This document shows positions 9,987 through 20,000 of a stretch of DNA of 20,000 nucleotides, one piece after another. The stretch is from assembly GCA_000934665.2 (NCBI GenBank), contig KZ538360.1, positions 59,614 through 79,613 on the forward strand. Direction: 5' to 3'. Both the position numbers and the translations under genes were made by a program. Under the pieces are notes generated by a model that worked only from the letters and a program-made list of their open reading frames with translations, searched no databases and was not told the DNA's origin. Within the stretch, counting starts at the first letter, position 1, and the number at the start of each line of letters is the position of its first letter. Source of the stretch: Catajapyx aquilonaris. Its lineage: Eukaryota.

Positions 9987-11534
9987 TCATAATTCTAGAT
10001 TTCCAACAGTTAGCTAGATCTCTTTAAAAATTTAAGCTCCCTAATATTTCAAACTGTAGCCCCCAGCATGCATACAATAGCAATAAAATATAAATAAACG
10101 AAACACACTTGGCCTGTAAACAAGTCTAAAATCTCCACGGGTAGCACAGTTTTCAGAGCCTCCCCTCGAAGGCAAATAGGAACATTAGAAAATTAATATT
10201 ACCTAAGCAGAAAGGACAACCAAGCCACGACCATTTTTACAAAAACCCCTTGACACACTTCTGAGCAAAGCCAAAGATGGACGCCCAACACGCCACAAAA
10301 ATGGCGCCGATTTGTTCCCGCTCCATTGTGGAGGAAGTGCCATAATTGCGCCTTATCTGGTTACACGAACGGCCTTTTTTTTCTCCCCCTTCCCCTCTCC
10401 GCGATGACAAACAGGACCTGCTGCTGACCCCCTGGGCGACTCTCTTTCAGGAACAATACTCGACACAGAAAAGGTTCCCATTGTTTTGTGGGGCGGCTCC
10501 TACCAAGGGGTAGCAAAGACATCCAGTGACAAAAAAGAAGAAAAAAAAAGTAATGTCTCGAGACAAAAGAAAAATTTTCCTTCCCCCTCCCCGCCTCTTC
10601 CCTCTCTCCCCCAACCGACCTGTCACAGTGTGATGCAGTCATCGGCTGATATTAAGAGTCTCCCTTCCCTTTGTTGTCGTTTTCACGCGGGACTGGGTAC
10701 ACAAGCGTCATGTTGTGCAGGACTTCCAAGCGCTCTGACACAATGAAAATTTTTGTCAATTGTGGAATCCATTATCATTTTTAATCTGAAAATTTCCGGA
10801 GAGAAAGTATCATCATAATAATAGTAGAATTGGCTCGAGTCTGTGCCTCTGTCCGCTCAGCTAGGTGCATGTAGTGCCACTAGCCCTCGCACGATCCTGA
10901 AAGTGGCAGTAGGCCTAATGTGCAAGAATGTAGTACTTTCGAGCATTATTCAACAGGACTGTACAGTTGGGTTTTTGCGGTAAACTGAACATGTGAAGTA
11001 CTGTAATGTCTGTCTCAATTTCCGACTGATCCCAATTGGGCGAGTTAACCCCATTTATCCCGCATCCTTTCCAAATCGTCTGAGTGTACCGTTTCCCCTG
11101 TACTTATTAGTCAGCACGTCTGTACCGTTTGCCAGGACTGGCCAAAGGAAGACAAATCGTGCGACGTTAATCTGACCGATCGCACCACGGTTCCAAAACG
11201 GACGACTCACGACAGCTTCGAAGATCACAAGCCGATGGGTCCCTCCACGACCATGAAACCGCACATATTTTGCTATGGCCCCCGGAACTCCGGTCCAGTG
11301 TACCTTTCTGACGACTTAATTAAATAACAAATATTTTTGTGCCGCTCCGGTTCACCCGCCGCGCATTATTTCTTCTCTGATTACACCATTAGCCCAAGTA
11401 CACCAGGTGATTAATAGCCGGCAAAATTCGTCAACTACCGCCGTTATTGGCGCATTAAATTCAGTGGGCATGACCAGCAAGTGTGCTCACTAGAAAACTA
11501 AGGTTCTGTGATAACTTATAATATGATAACCCCA

Positions 11535-11555
11535 AATAATAATAATAATAATAAC

Positions 11556-11609
<54 letters not shown>
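11535..11609. repeat. (AAT)25 microsatellite with one AAC interruption
   Basis: Direct reading of the sequence. Confidence 0.97.
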
Positions 11610-11610
<1 letters not shown>

Positions 11611-12656
11611 TGAACTAATTATTTAAATGGACAAAACTAAATTAATAAATTAGCAGTTAAATTATGAAGTAAAATAAATTATAAAAATTAAATGAATTTA
11701 AAATTAAATGAATTTTCTAGAAATTAATTTACAAATTTCATGTAAACACAGTTGATATCAAATTAAAAACACACAAGTTAAGATCAATAAATAAAATTAA
11801 AATGATTATTGTGTCCAGCAAAAAGTCCAGCCGTAATTGGCGACTTCAATTAAACGCAGGCGGCACTGAGCCCACTTCAACTCTTAAATCGATGACCAGA
11901 GGTGAAGTGTGGAAAGAGAATTCCTTGGGACGTTCACATCGCCTGATTCGAGCGGCTGTCCCGAATCCTCACGACTCTCCCGACAAGCCCTGGACAGATC
12001 CCAAGCAATGGGTTTCTGTCCCCTCTCACGAAATCCGTGACCTTTTATAGATTTATTATGGCGTCAGTAAATGACAGTCCGTGATGCTTGGTGGGAGAGA
12101 GAAACCCCCTTTTACAAAAGGTGGGCCCCTATCTGTCTTGCTGCCAACCCCTTTTCTCCTGTAGTTCTAGGACCCACATATGAGAGGATGAGTCGGACAA
12201 TGCGGGACCATTAGGCCCGTATTTATTATCGATTACAATTTGGGGACAGGTGCCATTTACACGGGTATCAGTCGGTCCCGTTTGAGACCGTTGCGCATCG
12301 GGGATCCGTCACTCACTATGACTGAAAGGTATAGTTACACCTACCGGGTCCGATCAAATCTGCGCACTAATTGTCATCCGCACCGCCCACGAAGGGGTCC
12401 ATTCTTATTCAGGGACAACCCGGACACTGAACTTTTCTGAATTAATACTTGGCCCCATCTAGCCCCCAAAAGCCATCTTTTTACCCCCGCGAATAAATTC
12501 GACGAGCCATTCCTCTCCCCTTGTTTCTGCCTGTTTGTATGCCTTTCCCGGCCTCTCTCAGCATCCCTCGGGATACCTGAAGTCCAATTAATTCCATCAG
12601 GGTGAGTCCAAGCACTCCAACGGCATTAGATTTTGGGGCCCCCCTGTGGGATCTAG

Positions 12657-12686
12657 CTCTCTCTCTCTCTCTAGCTCTATCTCTCT
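12657..12686. repeat. Short interrupted (CT)n tract
   Basis: (CT)8 at 12657-12672, then AGCTCTATCTCTCT. Confidence 0.8.
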
Positions 12687-15600
12687 TTCCCCCTTGGTCT
12701 CTTCAAGCTAAGCCGCAGCTTTTATGATGGATTTGATGACACTCGCGGTTCCTGCCATTTGTACTCTGGCATTCGGATGAGTCAACACATGCCTGGGGGT
12801 TTTGTGACGATACAATTAGGGCAAGGCGACGCCTTAATTGTTGCGCAACTAGGATGTCTCGTGGAAACACATTTGTTCACCATAGCACTTATCTCTCACG
12901 ACTAGGTGTCAACTTTAGGACTGTACACATTTTATTTTCAAACTTCAGATAACAGCAAGCCCACTAATTAAAATATAACACCTACGCGCATCATCGGTTA
13001 AATCTACCATTTTTTTGTCTCATACCAAAAAAAAGGGTTACTTATTCCTTCTGTGGTACAACAGTGTTTGTCACTGTCCCGACTGGTATTTTACGTCTTT
13101 AAAAACACACGCAGAATGAATTGCAGGCCCTCGAGAAAGTTAGCCGTCTGGACATACAAGAGGCGAGTAAATCTTTTCATTCCTTTCCATCAATCCGGTG
13201 GAGAGGAGGGTATGAGAGGGGGGGGGGGGGGCTAGAATTTTTCCGAGTGGCATTCCAAGGTAGTCACTCAATCCCGGAATTTCTGTGCTTTATCAGCTGA
13301 CCACTTCGGGCAGGCCTCATGTTGTTTGGTCTTCCAGGTCACGTCTTTCTCTCGGCGGAAGGACCGACGCTGGAAGCTACCAAAGTGACAAATGGCTCCA
13401 AGGGATTCCCCCTCGATGGACTTTTGAGACGACCGGACTTCTTATTTTGTTTTTCCTTCTCTTTTTTTTGCTTTGTATGGATGATATATATATTTTTTGA
13501 AAAATATTTTCACTTTCTGAGGATGCTAGATGACGGTTGAGAAGTTGAATTGTTTGACCAGATAGAGGCTTTCAATCAAAAGCAACTCCTTGTGGTCCAG
13601 AGAAGTTTTCGCAAAGAGTGAGCAAAATATTTTACAATTTTCGCAAAATCATAATGCCAAATGTATGCCTCATCCTTCATAGAGTTTCCAGTCCATCCCC
13701 TGGTTCCAAGCGCTCGAACACTGTGGTTGACTCAAAAAGAGAACAATCTTTTCTGATAATAATGGGATTGCACGACAGGGAAAAGCAATGAGATTAAATT
13801 AAAATTAGCAATGCGGATTTTGGAACCCCCCCCCCCCCCCACGATTGCTGCCTGCTGCCGAGTCCGACATGGGCCAGGAAAGAGACTGCTCAGCCCGGGG
13901 ATTTTATTCAACAACTCTGCTTTTACATGCAAAGCAATGGAAAACACTCTTTCTCACTCTGCATCCGCTGTTAAATCAGCGTGATAACAAGAGAAATGAG
14001 TGGCTTTACTCTGTTGGGCTCTGCCTAGCTATATCCGACCGGATGCTGCATAAATGCTGCTGGAAAACACCGGGCAGGGATCAATTGTTACGCTACTCCC
14101 TATTCAAACAAAAATATACGGTATAGCACAGGTACCTCCCCGAATCACTTGATCCAATTGATCCAATTGGATTGCATGAGCAGGATCGTGTGACAACTCT
14201 CGGAATATATTTTAGGCCAAAAGTTTCATTCAGAAAATGACCGACATTGAATTTTTTAAACAATTACACTCACAGTCACTGACTTAGATCACTACTTTTT
14301 TTTTAAAAAAAATTTGAATTATCTTTAACTAAAAATGGAGTGAAAACCCACAAATGTTTAATTATTCAGGTGGCAAACTGCTTTCCAAACTATTTTCTCT
14401 CAATCTGTATGGGATTCTTTCGAGGGTAGTATTTTGCAAGTCCATCAATTAGTAATTTTTCTGTCGATTTGCCTAAACTACTTGTCAAATATTACTCAAA
14501 ATCGACGCAATAATTACGTTTTAAATATATTGAGTTTATTTAGCTCAAAATTATAAATATCGCTCCACATACTTCATGCCCCGCTATGTTTCTGTCCACA
14601 TCTAATGGGACGCTAATTTTAGTCCCCACCTGTAGCGGTTCTGTCGAGCACACTGGCAAAATAGTTCTATGGCAAGATTCTGTTGCTAAACCCGCAGCAT
14701 GTAAATGTTGTTTTCCCTTCAAGTTTCCGGTGGTCCGCCTGAAAACAACAGCCTTGTTCCCAGACAATGACGGTGAGGCTCTTAAGAAAATTGACTTTGC
14801 CCGATCCATTTACTAACCCTCTCCATCTCAACAATGCCCGTTTTCTCCCCCAGCAATACCAAGGCGTCGGAACGAAAAAAAAAAAAACTCGCTTTCCAAG
14901 ATCCACAAAACGCAGCCACATATTTTTTTTCTTCTTCTTCTTCTACTTGGAGAGGCCCCCTTCCAGTTCTTGAAAAGTTGAGTGGTGAACGAAGAAAAGG
15001 GGTGAGAACCCTCAAAATATGACGACACTTCTTTTCCAACCCCAACCAAGAAACTCTCTCAGGCTTCCCCACTTACTTTATGGACTGTTTCTCTCAGGAG
15101 AAGGCGCCGCTATAAATTCCGAGCAATGAAATACTAATTATGGAGGCATCAGATCGGCGGGAAAAATCTTGTCGTGTACCAGACCTGGTGCCTTTTATAT
15201 CTCGCCAGGGAACAGGCTATAAATCCTTGGGTCCCCTGGAATATCTATGGCGGGGGGGAAAAATGCGCGGGCCTCTGAGTCCATCTTCTTATGTTCCAAG
15301 AACCAGCAGTATGGTAGAAACCACTCAAAAATATGCGAGGAAAAATCCGCTTGATGAATGAAGACTTACTCGCTTGTCAAGGACCATGCTTTTTGGCGAG
15401 AGAGTGGAAAAAAGTAGAGGCTATTTGCCAATTGTTGGCAGTAAATCTCTGGGTTCATTAGACGTCATGGCGTTCAACATTTTATGATGATATTGGTGCT
15501 GATGGCAAATATTATGAGCTCATTTAAAAATTAATTTAGGAATCATTCGTGTCATCAGTACACCGGATTTAAAGGGATGTTTTATTTTTGGCAGTATGTA

Positions 15601-16011
15601 CAGTGCTGGACAAATTAGCCGTCGCTGAATGTTTTTTTTCCGTCGGCGACGGCGCTGCGTTACCTGACAACCCTGTCCGGCGGGCCAATTCAAACATCAG
15701 CCCATGGAGAGCGCTTCCATTGTTGCCACTGTTTACAAATCGAGTGAGTGACCCCAAAATGACTTATTGCTTCTAACATCATTATTTTCCCCGTTTTCTC
15801 CTGCGTATCCCAGCAGATACTGTGTAAGCAGGCAAGAGACCCGTCGCTGGGTCGTCCGCGTCACTCACTCGATTTGTAAACAGTGGCAACAATGGAAGCG
15901 CTCTCCATGGGCTGATGTTTGAATTGGCCCGCCGGACGGGGTTGCCAGGTAACGCCGCCGCCGTCGCCGCCGAAAAAAAACATTCAGCGACGGCTAATTT
16001 GTCCAGCACTG
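15601..16011. mobile_element. Tc1-like MITE (411 bp) with long 152-bp terminal inverted repeats
   Basis: Arms 15601-15752 and 15860-16011 are about 96% complementary (about 6 differences by eye) around a 107-bp spacer. Terminus CAGTGCTGGACAAA differs by one base from the Tc1 end CAGTGCTGGCCAAA. TA duplication at 15599-15600 and 16012-16013, in a TGTACA target. Confidence 0.92.
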
Positions 16012-17074
16012 TACAGCAAGTTAATGCATCAGACATTGTGCAACCAACAGTTAATATTTATATTACATTTAAATTTTTGCGCATTTTATTCAATTTAATT
16101 TATTTCCTTCCTTGCTAGAAAAATTAGTGGCCTTACTTATTTGCAATATTTAGTACGAATTGCCTTATTTACTCATTATAAATTTAAAATATTTATATTC
16201 GCCAGGGTACGTCTAGCCCAAAAATTTAAAAATAAATAACAGCCGTAATTCAAAATGACTGACGCGCGAGTTTCATATAATATTCTCACAAAAGCAACAA
16301 GCATATTCACATTTTAGGCCGCAAATTCCCTCGGAAACAGGGGCAAACATTTTGCGCCAATAAATTATTAAATTTCATTTTCCTCCCATGATTTTGGTAA
16401 ACACAGCGAAAAACCGACACAGAGGAAAAGATCACGATGTAAATCAAAATTCGCAACAAACCGCGCCCGACCACCGCTCCAACAATGAGAGTGGCCTGTA
16501 CCACATAACAATTACGTCCAATTTATTCACCCGTTTTGTTCCACTTTAACTTTGTTGCTGCATCATATCCAAATAACAACCTCAATTAACCCACTCCTCA
16601 CACAGGTCCCCCCCCATCCCATTCAAAACATGTTCCACGCCTAAAGTTCAAGCCGAAGGAGGGTCAATCTAACATTTTCTTCCTCCCCAAAAAGGCACCA
16701 CTCACATTCTCTGGGTGTGCATTCCGTACACGTTCACCCCTTTCTTTCTTTTTTTCTTCTTCTTTACCACCACCACCACCTTCTTCTTCCGAAAAGACAC
16801 GGTAGACTCCCCTCCCATCAGACGGCATCAAGGAATTGAGCCATCTCCACGAATAACCATCCTCATTTAACCTCCCTCACTCGGGCTAACCATGATCGTA
16901 AATATGGCGTCAGGAGCACTTATGACGTCACCAAGCGCTCGTACGATCCCCGCTGGTTCGGAATACTCACACAGGATGGTGCACCGTCCAATATTTCCAC
17001 GAGGAAAAAGATGTCATGGCAGTTTACCTCAGGAGACAATTGAATTGTTGCTTTCAACAGGGAAGACTAGAAAG

Positions 17075-17338
17075 GCCAACTTCTGACGTCACGTAGTCTC
17101 TGATTGGCTGGAGTAAATATGGACTATTTGTGTCCGCCATCTTGCGTTGATATGAAAAAAGTGGCCGGCACTGACGTCAAGGTTAACTCCGATTGGATGG
17201 AGCCAGAAGGCCAGGACTACTCCAGCCAATCGGAGTCGACTGTTATTTTTCCATAGCAACGCAAGATGGCGGACACGTAAATAGTCCATAATTACTCCAG
17301 CCAATCAGAGACGACACGACGTAACATCAGAAGCTGGC
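17075..17338. mobile_element. Diverged fold-back element (MITE-like, about 265 bp), superfamily unassigned
   Basis: About 80-bp arms complementary with mismatches (GTCTCTGATTGGCTGGAGTAA..ATGGACTATTT..GTGTCCGCCATCTTGCGTTG vs about 17257-17312), plus a second inner inverted repeat 17186-17202/17220-17236. Exact ends and target-site duplication are unclear. Confidence 0.8.
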
Positions 17339-18786
17339 GACTCTCTCGGGAAAACAGGTCGCTACAATATCGTCAGCAATTTTCACCATAAGCAACTTAA
17401 TTTTTTTTACGTTACCCCGTGATAAAGCGGAGCCTTTTTAGGGGAGTGGAATACCACCATTTCACTCCATTTTTCTAGATTTTAACTTCAATCTAGCAAC
17501 TTAATATTTAAAAATAACTATTGGAAAGTAGCTGCGCAGCAGTAAAAACAACGTTGAAACTAGCTAGTTAACATCAATAAAATAACTGCTTGGATGTAGC
17601 TGCTTAATAATAATATCAAAATAGCTGCTTTAAATTTTAAAATTCGCGCAATGTTCCGTCTAGAAGCCGGAACTGAGCACTTTGTCCCGTCTCCAGATTC
17701 GGAGAATAAATTAACAGCGATGGATCAGTGCACCCACCCTGCACAGATAATCGCAGTGCACAATGCCAAGGAACGTGAAAACCTGGGGTATATACCAAAC
17801 AAGCCGTTTCAACGGTGTCCCTCTTGATTTATGGCGGGAAAAAAGGGCGGGAATGTGTGCTAGACATGGTTTTCGCCTTTAGGCCCGCACACTTTGAAGG
17901 AACACCGACAAAGTTCCAGATTTCTATGTCCCTCCACTACCAGAAAAAGAAAATAAAATAAAAAAAGCCTCGGGGGTAACAGGGCCACATACTTTGGACT
18001 CGCTCCGATCCGGATTGGCTTGTGTTCCTCCGTGCATGAATGTCTTCTCTCCGCATTTTCCTCCAAACGACTTTATCAGAGTCATGTACCGAATTGAGGA
18101 AACGTGTTGGCTATCTAGCTTTCACAAAGAGGGACTTTTGAAATGGGGGAAAAAAATCGCGGTGTTTTATATATTTTTTAAAAATGACTCCTGGCTGCTA
18201 ATACCGCCAGCTTTAAATCGCATATTAACAATCGGAAGTCAAAATATGCGGTGCTCGCTCCCCTGCCGGAGGATCAACTTAATGAATGAATATTTCATCG
18301 CAAATTCTGCACACACACCCAAAAAAATTCATTACCATGTGACAACTAAGCACTGTATTATAATGAGCTAGGGAATATTTGATTTGTTTCCAACTTGCCC
18401 TCAGCCTCCCCCCCCCCCNCCCCCCCCCATAACCACGACCGTATACACAAATGAACTGTTTTTAATGAACCCTCGCTATTAACTCATGAATGGGGGGAAA
18501 ACCGTTATTGTTTCCCTTTATATACGTTTCATTTCAGACGAAAAGTTAGAGTACACTCAGTTAAAATATAAACTTCGGATTTAATTAAGCATTATCATTC
18601 GTAATAGCCGCCGAAACAAGTTCATTTGACTCAAAACTGTCTGGCAAACTTTCCTCCTCAGAATAAGTGTCTATACGTATATACATTCAACTGAAAATGG
18701 CAGAAAATTGTTAAAAATGTTTCAATTCAGTTAACACAACTAATATGTAAAATAGCAATATGCAAAATAGCAATATATAAAATACA

Positions 18787-19149
18787 CACAGAAAAATGGC
18801 CGCGTCAGGTGACACGCTATGGTAGTCAGGTGACGATATCCAGTTTGACTCGCCAAGCAGAGTCAGTTCACTCTCCAAACAAGTCGCCTGACACCTCAGG
18901 GGAGTCAAAGGACCACCCCTCCCTGAACTGCTCTGACTATCCTGGCGGGTCCACTGATGACCCGGGGAGTCCCTCGACCATCCTGGTGAGTCAAATGACC
19001 ACCCCTCCCCGAACTCATCAGTGGACCCGCCAGAGCAGTTCGGGGAGTGGTGGTCCTTTGACTCCCCTGAGGTGTCAGGCGACATGTTTGGAGAGTGAAC
19101 TGACTCTGTCAAACTGGATATCGTCACCTGACGCAGCAATTTTTCTGTG
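18787..19149. mobile_element. Fold-back MITE (about 363 bp) with CACAGAAAAA termini, possibly a non-autonomous CMC/EnSpm element
   Basis: Nearly the whole element is an inverted repeat (about 18787-18960 vs about 19015-19149). Ends are CACAGAAAAAT / ATTTTTCTGTG; right flank TA, left flank CA (preceded by TA). Arrays of short subterminal repeats. The family assignment is inference. Confidence 0.85.
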
Positions 19150-19524
19150 TATATAAAAATAATAAAAATATAACAATGCCTTTCATGATATCTACCAGTT
19201 TATACTGTATAAGTATAATATTACTCATATTTTTACCTGAAAATAATGTGACATTAATAATTCCGGACTGTTAGTCAACCATCCCAAAAACAACAAAGCG
19301 GCTGGCATAAATCAACAATAAAGCACCGCCACCAGCCTCAAAAATCTTTGCTCTAACCGCAATTATTACAGGCCCTTTCCCCCGTTGCATAAATCCAGCT
19401 TATGCTCAGCTCAAGTCGGATTTATCCCTCCCAGGTTCCAGCAACTCCACTGTAAACACCAGGGGCCACCACTCTTAAATCAACAATGCCGCTTTTGATG
19501 CAACCTTGGTTGCCACCCTTTCAG

Positions 19525-20000
19525 GATATACCCGAAGCCCTTTTCGTGCAAATCGCTTTTCCATAGACTGCAAGATCGACCTACATTCTCGGGAGAGTGC
19601 GGACGGGAATGCAGATTTTCTTGGGGAGGAAAGGAAGAAAATATATAAGACAGAGGTGTTCTTGACCTGCTCCCGAGAGAAAATCGAAGACCTACAGGCC
19701 TACAGGCGACGGATTTTTCAACAGTTTGACTACAGATGGCAGGGATGCGCCTGCTTGGAGCTGAATAATATATACAGTATATCAATAAAAAAAATTGTGA
19801 TTTCTTTTATTTTATTTTTTTTCAGAACTGATGACTATTCGGGGGAGAGATGGACAGATAAATCCGGAGCGACAAGTCGTCTTGCTGGCCTCGCATCGAT
19901 CCGTCAAGACATCAGCTCCAGCCCTGGCCGCCATTTATCAATCTAATGATGGGAAACAACCCAGGATAGCACCCGGAACTCAAACCCTTGCCCCCCCCCC
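19525..20000 (+). other. Candidate two-exon segment separated by a 49-nt intron (19777-19825)
   Basis: Acceptor CCCTTTCAG| ending at 19524, weak donor GTATAT at 19777, very strong acceptor TTTTATTTTATTTTTTTTCAG| ending at 19825. The spliced frame stays open to the window end, but the protein is not recognised. Confidence 0.2.

Noticed and set aside
14452..14517. Imperfect inverted repeat around GTCGATTT/AAATCGAC
   Set aside because: Too short and degenerate in AT-rich DNA to call as an element.
15569..16118. Pairs of near-identical ORFs on opposite strands
   Set aside because: Artefact of the 152-bp inverted repeats; no transposase motifs.
18711..19156. 142-aa and 115-aa ORFs with similar sequence on both strands
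   Set aside because: Mirror translations of the fold-back element, not protein-like.
19228..19250. Minus-strand TTTTCAG|GTAAAA resembling a recursive splice site
   Set aside because: Short pyrimidine tract, weak donor and no established host intron.

Overview
Eukaryotic, almost certainly insect, non-coding DNA (intergenic or a large intron). The beetle-like composition is my inference. None of the listed ORFs looks like a recognisable protein, and several are artefacts of inverted repeats. The one firm gene is a tRNA-Ala(CGC) at 9179-9250 (+) with a Pol III T-run. Its context is unusual: an upstream TATA box, an extra A-box-like motif, a GC-rich hairpin abutting the tRNA 5' end, a genome-encoded CCA, and the same ETS-CRE-like 12-mer on both sides. 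The rest of the window holds unrelated short fold-back, non-autonomous DNA transposons: Tc1/mariner-type at 123-332, 2429-2532 and 15601-16011, a promoter-motif-rich fold-back at about 17075-17338, and a CAC...GTG element built from 21-bp TGAC-N11-GTCA units at 18787-19149. There is also a perfect 79-bp palindrome, tandem repeats, an assembly gap, and a few weakly supported candidate exons.
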